Assembly (NCBI GenBank): GCA_963707505.1
Contig: CAVPQB010000006.1
Coordinates: 192,001 to 256,000, forward strand
Length of the DNA: 64,000 nt
Source of the DNA: an uncultured Gemmatimonadales bacterium
Lineage (GTDB): Bacteria > Gemmatimonadota > Gemmatimonadetes > Gemmatimonadales > Gemmatimonadaceae
Direction of reading: 5' to 3'
The position numbers and the translations under genes are program-made. Of the stretch, positions 30,217 to 39,216 are shown piece by piece. The notes beneath the pieces are model-generated. The model saw only the letters and a list, made by a program, of their open reading frames with translations. It had not been told where the DNA came from and ran no database searches. Position 1 is the stretch's first letter, and the number at the start of each line of letters is the position of its first letter.

Positions 30217-30936
30217 TGGGTGATGTAACGAGAAACAGAATCACCCGCGGATTTGCCGCGATCGCATCTGCCGCGATCGCATTTGCCGCGATCGCATCTG
30301 CCGGCAATCGCAGGTGCGTCCGTTGCGGGCGCGCAGGCACCGAGTACCGCCGCGCGAGCTGGAACGCAGGCTGCCGGTGCACAGCGGCGGCGCAATCAGC
30401 GCAGAGTGCCCCTCCGCTCACGTCAACAGCTGTGGCCGGCAGACAGTCGTGGCTCTCGGATCGTAGAGACTACCATCTGGGCGACATCGTGACCGTGCTG
30501 GTGGACGAGTACACGCTCACTTCGCTGGACAAGCAGGTGAATGCGACAGAAAACCGTCAACGTGGCCTTGGATTCGGCATCAACACGCCGTCGAGCAACA
30601 AGACCTACGGCATCAACTCGAACAACAACAACCAATCCCAGAACAGCGGGCTGGATGCAAGAACCAACCGGCTCACCACGGAGATGAGCGCACGCGTGGT
30701 AGCGATCGCTCCCAACGGAGTGATGCAGCTCAAGGGGAACAAGATCATCAAGGTCGAGGATAGCAAGGTCAACCTGATTCTCGTCCGGCTGGGTGCGCGT
30801 ACAGGACGTCGCTCCCGACAACAGCGTTCAATCATTTCGCATGGCTGACGCCGACCTCGATTACCAGGCGGACGGCCCGCTCGGCAAGGCGAAGAGCGGA
30901 ATAATCGGCAGGTTGCTCGGAGCGTTCTGGCCATGA
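30216..30936 (+). CDS. flgH: L-ring protein FlgH (several frameshifts)
   Basis: SDRRDYHLGDIVTVLVDE, SARVVAIAPNGVMQLKGNK, then GWVRVQDV..DNSV.S.RMADA...LGAFWP in shifted frames ending at TGA 30936. Confidence 0.88.
30251..30311 (+). repeat. 15-bp tandem repeat, about 4 copies, in the flgH signal peptide
   Basis: atYtgccgcgatcgc x3 plus a fourth copy atctgccggcaatcgc with one extra base. Confidence 0.9.
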
Positions 30937-32027
30937 GGCGCAAACTCGAAACGATTACCGTTGCACTCGGCTGCTTCGCGCTGCTCGCGTTCCAGGCAGG
31001 CGCACAATCAGCGCGCATTCGCGATATAACGATGGCCGATGGATCGATGCCTGTTCGCCTGCTCGGCTACGGCATCGTAGTGGGCCTGGACGGGACCGGT
31101 GATCGTGGCATCGGCGGACAACAGGGTGGCCAGACTGTTCAGTCAGTCGCGAACCTTCTGCGTCGCTTCGACATCGAGATTCCCGCCGAAGCGCTTCGGA
31201 CACGCAACGCTGCTGCCGTGCTCGTTACGGCCGAAGTGTCGCCGTATCTGAGGGCCGGCGGAAAGTTCGACATCACCATCTCGTCGCTCGGCGATGCTCG
31301 CTCGCTGCGCGGAGGGACGCTGTGGATGACTCCACTGGTGACCGATGCAGGCGCGCAGGCAGTTGGAACTGCGCAGGGCTCGATCGTCATAAGCGACGGC
31401 AACATCAACTCGCGCGACTTCAATACCGTGGAGACATCGGGACGCATCCCGAGCGGTGGCTTGCTCGAAGGGTCGGTGACGACGGCGAGCTTCGCCAATT
31501 CGTCGCGACTTCTATTGAAAGAGCCTGACATTGGAACCGCGACCAAAATCGTCGCGGCGATCAATCAGGCGATCGGCGCGAATACCGCAAAGGTGGAAGA
31601 TCCCGGCTCTGTCGAGCTTACGCTCCCGACAACCGGCGACCGCGCGACCACCATCGTCAAGATTCAGGATCTCAAGGTCACTCCGGACCGATCCAACAAG
31701 CTCGTCATCGATGGACGCGACGGAACCGTGGTGGCGGGTGGCGACATGACAGTAGGTGAAGCGGTGGTGAGCCACGGCGGGGTCACGCTGACGATTGGCG
31801 GCCCTGCCGCAGCGCCGGCTGGTCCATCGGCGGCAGCGGCCGGACCGCCGGGGCCGAATGCGGCGGGCGGTGGTGGAAACCAGGCTGTGCGAGTCGCAAC
31901 GGGCGCGTCGGTTCAGGCCGTAGCGGCGGCATTGCAGGCGGTTCAGACATCGCCATCCGAAATCGCGGCGATCTTCGAAGCCCTGCGCGAAGTGGGAGCG
32001 CTCGCCGCCGAGGTCACTATCAGATGA
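30933..32027 (+). CDS. flgI: P-ring protein FlgI
   Basis: LLGYGIVVGLDGTGD, NAAAVLVTA, SSLGDARSLRGGTL, GTVVAG, VGALAAE. Confidence 0.96.
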   Translation: MRRKLETITVALGCFALLAFQAGAQSARIRDITMADGSMPVRLLGYGIVVGLDGTGDRGIGGQQGGQTVQSVANLLRRFDIEIPAEALRTRNAAAVLVTAEVSPYLRAGGKFDITISSLGDARSLRGGTLWMTPLVTDAGAQAVGTAQGSIVISDGNINSRDFNTVETSGRIPSGGLLEGSVTTASFANSSRLLLKEPDIGTATKIVAAINQAIGANTAKVEDPGSVELTLPTTGDRATTIVKIQDLKVTPDRSNKLVIDGRDGTVVAGGDMTVGEAVVSHGGVTLTIGGPAAAPAGPSAAAAGPPGPNAAGGGGNQAVRVATGASVQAVAAALQAVQTSPSEIAAIFEALREVGALAAEVTIR

Positions 32028-32381
32028 CGCCGATCGGCGGGCCGGCACCAGTCCGTAACAGTACGCCTATGGATCCCGTCGCAGCTGCCCAGGATGCCAA
32101 GCTACACAAGGTATCGAGCCAGCTGGAGGGCGTCTTCGTGCAGGAGATGTACAAGTCGATGCGCGCGACCGTACCAAGCGGACGGACTGTTCGACGGTGG
32201 AACTGGTGAAGAAATGTTTACAGGAATGCTGGACGAACACGTTGCTGCCGATACTCCACAACACTGGAAGCATGGCCTGAGTGAGTCGATATACCGGCAA
32301 CTCCGGGAGAAGATACACGCTCAGAATCCATCGCTTCCACCTGACAGCAGCCTCGTGACGGCGACCAGCGTGGACAAGTGA
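32024..32381 (+). CDS. flgJ: FlgJ, rod-binding domain only (frameshift near 32178)
   Basis: KLHKVSSQLEGVFVQEMYKSMRATVP|DGLFDGGTGEEMFTGMLDE...GLSESIYRQL; about 118 aa, no muramidase domain. Confidence 0.88.
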
Positions 32382-32448
32382 AGCACATCGCAGGGTACAG
32401 CGCAGAGCACATCGTGTTGATCACGCAGTCGATCGAGAGACTATCGTA

Positions 32449-33006
32449 ATGATGCAGACGTATCAGGAACACCCGGTCCAGGAAGGCAACTTCCGGACGA
32501 GCACCGCGCCGGTGTCACCCGCCGCGCTGGACGCGCTGTGCGATGCGCTGCTATCCGAGCACAAGCTCATCGACGATCTCACCGAGGTCGTTCTGCGCCA
32601 GCGCTCCGCTGTTGCCATAGACGACCTGCAGGCGGTCGACGATTCCGTATTCGCCACACACCGTCTCCTTCTCACGCTTGGCGAGGCACGCAAGCGGCGC
32701 CGGTCACTCAACGCGATGGTCGGCTGCAAGGAAGAGACGGGCGTCAAACACCTTGAAGACGCACTGGGCAAGTGGATGACGCCGCGTCTTCGCCACGCTC
32801 GCGAGGAGCTGCAGATCGCCGCATCGCGCCTCTCACGCGAAATAGGCATCAACCGACGCATCCTGCGCGAAGCGATCTCGAATAGCGATTCGTTCGTCAG
32901 AGCTGTCGTCGGCGCACCTACAGACGCAACCCAACAGGGCTACGGCTCGGCAACTCCGTCCGCTTACACGCGCAGCGACGCCATCGCCTTCTCGCGCACC
33001 GCATAG
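32449..33006 (+). CDS. flgN: FlgN-like export chaperone
   Basis: Helical LCDALLSEHKLIDDL...QRSAVAIDDL, INRRILREAI; directly before flgK. Confidence 0.78.
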   Translation: MMQTYQEHPVQEGNFRTSTAPVSPAALDALCDALLSEHKLIDDLTEVVLRQRSAVAIDDLQAVDDSVFATHRLLLTLGEARKRRRSLNAMVGCKEETGVKHLEDALGKWMTPRLRHAREELQIAASRLSREIGINRRILREAISNSDSFVRAVVGAPTDATQQGYGSATPSAYTRSDAIAFSRTA

Positions 33007-33014
33007 GGCCGATC

Positions 33015-34451
33015 ATGTCAATCAATTCCATCTTCAATACGGCAACGCTTGCCATCCAGGCACAGCAAGCAGCCATCGATACGGCGGCGCATAACATCGC
33101 GAACGCAGGTGTCGCGGGCTACAGCCGCCAGGTGGTAAATCTTCAGCCCAATACGCCGCTCTACACACCGACTGGCGCGATCGGCACCGGCGTGGTCGTC
33201 CAGGATATCTCTCGCGTCCGCAATACGATGCTGGACACCAACTACCGCGCTCAGTCCTCGCAGGCGGCAGGTTACTCCACGCGCGGCGACATCCTCACGT
33301 CGATTGGACAGGTCTTCGGCGAGCCTTCCACCACTGGACTGTCCAGCACACTGGATCAGTTCTACGCCTCATGGGGCGATCTGGCCAACAATCCGACCAG
33401 CTCGGCGGCCAAGAGTGTCGTGCAGGAACGCGGCTCGCAGGTCGCGTCGATGCTCAATCAGTTCTCGACGAACCTGGATCAGCTGTCGTCCAACACGATG
33501 ACAGACGCCACGCAGAAAGTAAGCGACATCAACCAGTACACGGCGCAGATCGCGAACATCAACAAGCAGATTGTGGCAGCCGAAGCAGACGGCAAGACAA
33601 CGGCGAACGATCTGCGTGACATGCGTGACAACGCAATCGACGCACTGAGCAAGATCGTGCCGGTACGCGTGATCGATCAGCCGAACGGATCTGACACGGT
33701 TTACGTTGCCGGAGCAACAGTTGTCGATGGCTCCTCCGCTTCGACGTTCAGCCTGCAGCAATCCAGCGGCAAGGTCACGCTTCAGCTCAACGGGCGCGCG
33801 TTCTCCACGCAGTCGCCCGGCGGCGCATTGGGCGCCGATCTCGACGGCCTGAACAGCGATATTCCGAACGCCAAGAGTCAGCTCGATACACTCGCGGCTG
33901 GCATCGTCACGAGTGTGAACACGATTCACACTACAGGATGGACAGCGGCCGGTGATGCCGCGGGCGGCTCCAACTGGAACGCCTCCGCGCCGCCGACTGG
34001 CTCGAACATCAATTTCTTCGATCCCACCAAGACGACCGCTGCAAGCATCAGCCTGTCATCGCAGGTTGCTGCAAATGCGTCGTACATTGCGGCCGGCGAC
34101 ACACAGGGCGCCACTGGCAACAACAATGTCGCGAACGCCATGGCCGCTCTCGGAAGCGCCATGACGACGATGACGAAGTACGGATCGACGACCGAGACCA
34201 CCTCGATCAGCGAGTTCTATCGCGATCTCGTCACGCGCGTTGGAGTCGCGACCAGCGATGCCACATCATCGGCGACGGTGTACCAGACACTCACGCAGCA
34301 GGCTGATACGCAGCGTCAGAGCGTGAGCGGAGTATCCACCGATGAAGAGCTCATCTCGCTGACGAAAAGTCAGCAGGCGTATGCCGCAGCGGCCAAGGTC
34401 ATCACGACCGCGGCCAGCATGTCGCAGACTCTGCTCGACATGATTCGGTAG
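33015..34451 (+). CDS. flgK: Hook-associated protein 1 FlgK
   Basis: AHNIANAGVAGYSRQ, GTGVVVQDISR, NDLRDMRD, SVSGVSTDEE, QQAYAAAAKVI. Confidence 0.96.
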   Translation: MSINSIFNTATLAIQAQQAAIDTAAHNIANAGVAGYSRQVVNLQPNTPLYTPTGAIGTGVVVQDISRVRNTMLDTNYRAQSSQAAGYSTRGDILTSIGQVFGEPSTTGLSSTLDQFYASWGDLANNPTSSAAKSVVQERGSQVASMLNQFSTNLDQLSSNTMTDATQKVSDINQYTAQIANINKQIVAAEADGKTTANDLRDMRDNAIDALSKIVPVRVIDQPNGSDTVYVAGATVVDGSSASTFSLQQSSGKVTLQLNGRAFSTQSPGGALGADLDGLNSDIPNAKSQLDTLAAGIVTSVNTIHTTGWTAAGDAAGGSNWNASAPPTGSNINFFDPTKTTAASISLSSQVAANASYIAAGDTQGATGNNNVANAMAALGSAMTTMTKYGSTTETTSISEFYRDLVTRVGVATSDATSSATVYQTLTQQADTQRQSVSGVSTDEELISLTKSQQAYAAAAKVITTAASMSQTLLDMIR

Positions 34452-34499
34452 CTCTTTCGCTAGCTTAGTCCGGCAACCGGGTTATCTTCCGCGTATCCC

Positions 34500-34742
34500 A
34501 TGCTGATTCTGGGGCGGCGGCCCGGAGACACGCTAATCATCGACGGTGGCATCAAGATCGTCGTGCTCCAATGCGACCGCAGCGGCGTGCGTCTGGGCAT
34601 CGAAGCGCCCAGCGACGTGACGATTCTGCGCGGCGAGATAGTCAACCAGATCGCGGACGAGAACAAGCGCGCCAATGTGGTCTCCGAAGCGAAGGAGTGG
34701 GCCACGACGATTCCGCTCAAAAAGACAGAATCGCCGCGTTAA
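34500..34742 (+). CDS. csrA: Carbon storage regulator CsrA
   Basis: MLILGRRPGDTLII, VRLGIEAPSDVTILRGEI. Confidence 0.95.
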   Translation: MLILGRRPGDTLIIDGGIKIVVLQCDRSGVRLGIEAPSDVTILRGEIVNQIADENKRANVVSEAKEWATTIPLKKTESPR

Positions 34743-34749
34743 TTTCGCT

Positions 34750-35319
34750 TCAACTCCGGCCGGCGCTGAGCAGGCGCGCTCGCACCACCGATGATCCGAC
34801 GCGAATCAGCAGATCATCTACATCGCACGAAAACACGATCGGAATTCGAGCCGATGTGTCCGGCCCACCGGCGCTACCGTCTGGCCCAGCCACCGTCGAC
34901 GCCGCCGACACGAGTGCGGCCACGATTTCATGGGTAAGCGCAGTCGGTCGCGCTATGACCGGCGGCACCTCTCGTCTCCCCTCTACCTCGAAACGAACGT
35001 TCCGGCAGGCCGGATGAAGCCTGGCGAGGGAGATTGCGTCGTCGGTCGCCCGCGTAGCTTCGAGCGCCTCCTCACCCTCGTCGTCCGGCACCGCTAGCAG
35101 TCGCAATAGCCGAATTCCCTCCTCCAGCCTCGGGACTTCGTCGGCCAGGGCACGCAATATCGGCGGAATTGTCGGATCCCCAGACAGAATGTCTGAAACT
35201 CCGGCAAGCGTAGCTACGCGATTGCTGATGTTGTGGGTGACGCCAAGTAGCAATTTGTCGAGCACCGTCGCCCAATCTTCTGGGCGTCCGGCGCGGGTAT
35301 CCATGTCCAGTTTTGCCAT
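34750..35319 (-). CDS. Small histidine-kinase-like protein, H-box present and ATPase domain degenerate
   Basis: LLLGVTHNISNRVATLAG resembles a HisKA H-box; no N-box Asn or G1/G2 glycine motifs are recognisable; no sensor or TM segment. Confidence 0.6.
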   Translation of the reverse strand: MAKLDMDTRAGRPEDWATVLDKLLLGVTHNISNRVATLAGVSDILSGDPTIPPILRALADEVPRLEEGIRLLRLLAVPDDEGEEALEATRATDDAISLARLHPACRNVRFEVEGRREVPPVIARPTALTHEIVAALVSAASTVAGPDGSAGGPDTSARIPIVFSCDVDDLLIRVGSSVVRARLLSAGRS

Positions 35320-35333
35320 CTGTTCGCCGATAC
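35306..35333 (+). promoter_or_regulatory. Putative sigma28 promoter of motAB
   Basis: TCCAGTTT-N12-GCCGATAC, close to TAAAGTTT-N11-GCCGATAA. Confidence 0.6.
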
Positions 35334-35397
35334 TGACACCTATGCGAAGAACTTGGGCCAGTTACACGCTGGCTGACGGAAGTCAGGAAAGATACGC

Positions 35398-36255
35398 GTG
35401 TTCGTAATCATTGGTTTGGTGGTCGTATTCGGCAGCATCCTCGGCGGATTCATAATGGAGCACGGCAAGGTTGCTGCCCTGATCCAGATATCTGAATTCG
35501 TCGTCATTGGAGGCGCCGCATTCGGATCAATGGTCGTCGGCAACCCGCCGGCGCTCATCAAGCGCGTATTCGGGTCGGTGTTCGGGCTGCTCAAGTCGAG
35601 CCCGTACACGGAAAAGGCGTACGGTGAGCTGCTGCAGCTGTTGTACGACGTTTTCCAGAAGGCGCGCAAGGAAGGCCTGATCGGCCTTGAAGCTCATATC
35701 GAAGATCCGGAGAAGTCCGACATCTTCAACAAATATCCGTCGGTTGCGAAGAACCATCATGCAGTCGCGTTCCTCACGGATACGCTCAAGGTGCTTCTCA
35801 CCGGCGCCGTGGAAGACCATCATCTCGCGGAGATCCTGGATCTCGATCTCGAGCGCCAGCATGAAGAAGCGATGCTCGTGCCCGGCGCGTTGAACAGAGT
35901 CGGTGATGCGATGCCTGGTTTCGGAATCGTCGCCGCCGTGCTTGGCGTCGTGATCACGATGGGATCGATCGGCGGCGCAGCGTCGGAGATCGGCGAGAAG
36001 GTCGCCGCGGCACTGGTCGGAACGTTCCTCGGAATCCTGCTCTCGTACGGCGTGGTCGGTCCGATCGCGTCTGCAGTAGAGACGAGGATACGTGCGGAAG
36101 AGGCATACATGATGTCGATCCGCACTGCCCTGCTCGCGTTTGCGCGTGGCGATTCGCCGATGACAGCTGTCGAATTTGCGCGCCGCAACATAGAGCCAGG
36201 CGATCGTCCAAGCTTCTCGGAGCTCGAGAACTTGACTCGCCGTCGCGCTGCCTGA
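35398..36255 (+). CDS. motA: Flagellar stator MotA
   Basis: EFVVIGGAAFG, ARKEGLIGLE, PGFGIVAAVLG, ALVGTFLGILLSYG, VEFARR. Confidence 0.96.
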   Translation: MFVIIGLVVVFGSILGGFIMEHGKVAALIQISEFVVIGGAAFGSMVVGNPPALIKRVFGSVFGLLKSSPYTEKAYGELLQLLYDVFQKARKEGLIGLEAHIEDPEKSDIFNKYPSVAKNHHAVAFLTDTLKVLLTGAVEDHHLAEILDLDLERQHEEAMLVPGALNRVGDAMPGFGIVAAVLGVVITMGSIGGAASEIGEKVAAALVGTFLGILLSYGVVGPIASAVETRIRAEEAYMMSIRTALLAFARGDSPMTAVEFARRNIEPGDRPSFSELENLTRRRAA

Positions 36256-36262
36256 GTAGAAC

Positions 36263-37108
36263 GTGGCAATGCCCGGCAAGGAAAAACAGATCATCCGCAT
36301 CGTCAAGAAAAAGAAAGGACATGTGGCTCATCATGGCGGAAGCTGGAAGGTCGCGTATGCGGACTTCGTAACTGCCATGATGGCGTTCTTCATGGTCATG
36401 TGGCTGTTGAGCATGGACCAGAAGATGAAGGACGCGATCGAAGGCTACTTCTCCAATCCGGTCGGCTTCAAGAAAGGCTTCTCCGCTGGAACGAACATCA
36501 TCTCCAGTGGGAACTCGCCCGCTGGCGAGGTCAAGCCGCCGCTCAGAATTCTGATTCGCACGGCGGAAGAGAAGAAGTTCGGCGATCTGGCCAAGGATCT
36601 TCGCACGAGACTCAACGGCTCGCCCGATCTTCGCGCGCTTGGTGCACACATCGAAGCCGTGCAGACAAAGAGCGGTCTGCGCATCGAGCTGATCGAAAGC
36701 GGCAGCGGCCAGACGTTCTTTCGCAACGGCTCGGCGGAGCCGTTACCGATCACCGTTGCCGCACTGCGTCTGATTGGCGCCGAGCTGAGTCGATTGCAAA
36801 CGCCGATCATCATCGAGGGTCACACCGACTCGCAACAGTTCGGTAGTACGGCGTCCTACACCAACTGGGAGCTGTCTTCCGACCGGGCCAACGCCGCTCG
36901 ACGGCTGGTGGAGGCGGCGGGGGTCGACCCATCACGAATCGTGGAAGTGCGTGGCATGGCTGACAGGGATCTGCGTGTGCCGAGCAATCCCATGGATCCG
37001 GCCAACCGGCGAATATCGATATTGCTTCCATTCACTGTTCTGGCGGGTGATGCAGATCCCGCCGAAGCAGTCTCGGGTGATGCGGAGATCGTGAAGCGGT
37101 CGAGTTAG
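36263..37108 (+). CDS. motB: Flagellar stator MotB
   Basis: WKVAYADFVTAMMAFFMVMWL; OmpA-like IEGHTDS, NWELSSDRA, NRRISI. Confidence 0.96.
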   Translation: MAMPGKEKQIIRIVKKKKGHVAHHGGSWKVAYADFVTAMMAFFMVMWLLSMDQKMKDAIEGYFSNPVGFKKGFSAGTNIISSGNSPAGEVKPPLRILIRTAEEKKFGDLAKDLRTRLNGSPDLRALGAHIEAVQTKSGLRIELIESGSGQTFFRNGSAEPLPITVAALRLIGAELSRLQTPIIIEGHTDSQQFGSTASYTNWELSSDRANAARRLVEAAGVDPSRIVEVRGMADRDLRVPSNPMDPANRRISILLPFTVLAGDADPAEAVSGDAEIVKRSS

Positions 37109-37200
37109 CGCCGAGCGCACCATAACCGCGCAGCAGGTGTCTGATATGCACTGGCCGGGAACATTCGGCGGTGCATATTTCGTATGAGGAGCGAAACCCC

Positions 37201-39189
37201 ATGCCCGATCCAACATACACTCGTGAGCAGGAATTCGAGGATGTCCAGCGAGCGCTAGCCGGACAGTACTCACTTCATCGCGAGCTGGGGCGCGGTGGAA
37301 TGGGGGTGGTGTATCTTGCGCGCGAGGTCGAGCTGGATCGATTCGTCGCGATAAAAGTTCTTCCGGCCGCGCTTGCGCTTCGCGCCGACATGCGCGAGCG
37401 GTTCATGCGTGAGGCACGCGCATCTGCGCGGCTTTCACATCCCAACATCGTGGCGATCTTCCGCGTTGGTGAGCAGAACGGCGTTGCGTTCTTCTCGATG
37501 GCGTATGTCGATGGCGAATCACTCGGCGAGCGACTCCGCTCGCGTGGCGTTCTGCCCGCTCGCGAAGTGACTCGCATTCTCCGTGATGCTTCATGGGCGC
37601 TCGCGTATGCACACGCTCAGGGCGTCGTGCACCGTGACGTCAAGCCCGACAACATTCTGATAGAACGTGACAGTGAGCGAGTGTTCGTCACCGACTTCGG
37701 GATCGCCGCTGTGGAAGATGCAGCGACAGCCATTACGGGAGCGCACGAGATCGTCGGCACCGCGCAGTACATGTCGCCGGAGCAGGCGTCGTCCGGCGCG
37801 ATCGACGGACGCGCGGATCTGTATTCACTCGGTATCATAGGATTTCTCGCCACTACGGGCCGGCTGCCGTTCGATGGCAGGACTGCCGCAGTGGTTATCG
37901 CCAAGCAGGTATCGGAACCCGCACCGTCGATGGCGCGCGAGGCCGGGGTTCCGGCACAGCTTGCCGCAGTGATCGACAGGGTTCTGCGCAAGGATCCCGT
38001 CGAGCGATTCGCTAACGGTGAAGCGATGGCCGAGGCGTTGAGTGAGAGTGCTGTCCCGACCCGACGGCTACCGCCAGCCCTTCGACTCTGGGTGGACAAT
38101 CGCGATCCGATGCGTGTGCCGTACAGTGCGTGGTCGTTCGCATTTGGATTCGGCGCAGTGATGACAATTGTTCGGGGTAACTCCGGCTTGCTTCCGTTGA
38201 TCGGGATGGCTGCATTGCCACTCATTCCGCACCTGATCTTCCGCGCGCGTCAGACGCGACGCGTGTTGAGTGCGGGACATGGCGTGGAAGACATGCAATT
38301 CGCGCTGGCCGAGGTAAACGAGCGACGGCGGGAGGAGATGAGCATCGAGCTGCACGAGGGGCAGACTCCGGCGCTCAAGTTTCTGCGGGCGATCACGACA
38401 GCCGTCGTGGTGGCTGACGTCGGACTCGTCATCGGTGCTCAGAGCGTCTCGAACACGTTCCTGAAGACGTTCTACCAGCATCATACGATCGCGACGCGTG
38501 CGGGTTTCGCGGCAGCCGTTCTGCTCCCGCTCATTCTGATTCCGATGAGCATGGCGCTTGGCGTTCCGTTGCTCGGCCGCCGGTTCAAGAACTTCAATTC
38601 CGGGACATTGCGCGAGCGGTTGTGGAACAGTCGCGTCGGCATTGCGGTCGCCAAGTGGCTCCGCCCGAAGAACACCAAGCCGGCGACCGCGTTCGTGTCG
38701 CAGCCCACCGAAGTCGCGCTCGGCAGCGCCGCGGGCAGCCTCTTTACTGCGTTGCCGCAGACCGTTCGCGATCAGTTTCCGGAATTGCCTGGCGTCGTGA
38801 GCGGGCTCGAAGCGCACGCTGCGAAGTGCAGAGTCAGGATTCAGGAACTGGATCGGTTGTATAACGAGGCGATAAACGATACCGCGATCTCGCGGCTTCG
38901 CGGTGCTGATCCATTGAGTGAGGACACGAGCATATCGGCACAGCGCAAGCAGACCGTGGATGAGCTCGATGCTGCACGCGGAATTGCTCGAGCTGATCTG
39001 GCAAATACGGTGGCCGCACTGGAATCCATACGGCTCGATCTGCTCAAGATGCACGCTGGCGGCGATGCGTCGCGCCAGATCGCTACGTCGATCGAAGCTG
39101 CACGTGAGCTGAAGCATGGTCTCGAGCTCGCGCTCTCGGCGAAGCGTGAAGTGAGCTCGATATTGCGGGCGTCGATGGTGGAGGAGTAA
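37201..39189 (+). CDS. Hanks-type Ser/Thr protein kinase with TM segments and helical C-terminus
   Basis: LGRGGMGVVY, VAIK, HRDVKPDN, DFG, GTAQYMSPEQ; hydrophobic segments after the kinase domain. Confidence 0.93.
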   Translation: MPDPTYTREQEFEDVQRALAGQYSLHRELGRGGMGVVYLAREVELDRFVAIKVLPAALALRADMRERFMREARASARLSHPNIVAIFRVGEQNGVAFFSMAYVDGESLGERLRSRGVLPAREVTRILRDASWALAYAHAQGVVHRDVKPDNILIERDSERVFVTDFGIAAVEDAATAITGAHEIVGTAQYMSPEQASSGAIDGRADLYSLGIIGFLATTGRLPFDGRTAAVVIAKQVSEPAPSMAREAGVPAQLAAVIDRVLRKDPVERFANGEAMAEALSESAVPTRRLPPALRLWVDNRDPMRVPYSAWSFAFGFGAVMTIVRGNSGLLPLIGMAALPLIPHLIFRARQTRRVLSAGHGVEDMQFALAEVNERRREEMSIELHEGQTPALKFLRAITTAVVVADVGLVIGAQSVSNTFLKTFYQHHTIATRAGFAAAVLLPLILIPMSMALGVPLLGRRFKNFNSGTLRERLWNSRVGIAVAKWLRPKNTKPATAFVSQPTEVALGSAAGSLFTALPQTVRDQFPELPGVVSGLEAHAAKCRVRIQELDRLYNEAINDTAISRLRGADPLSEDTSISAQRKQTVDELDAARGIARADLANTVAALESIRLDLLKMHAGGDASRQIATSIEAARELKHGLELALSAKREVSSILRASMVEE

Positions 39190-39216
39190 GGCGCGGGATG
39201 CATCCCGCGCCTTACT
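39185..39216. terminator. Perfect 32-bp palindrome spanning both stop codons of convergent genes
   Basis: agtaaggcgcgggatgcatcccgcgccttact. Confidence 0.7.

Noticed and set aside
12208..32381. Programmed frameshifting or phase variation in flagellar genes
   Set aside because: The shifts share no slippery motif or long homopolymer and also occur in unrelated genes; sequencing error is simpler.
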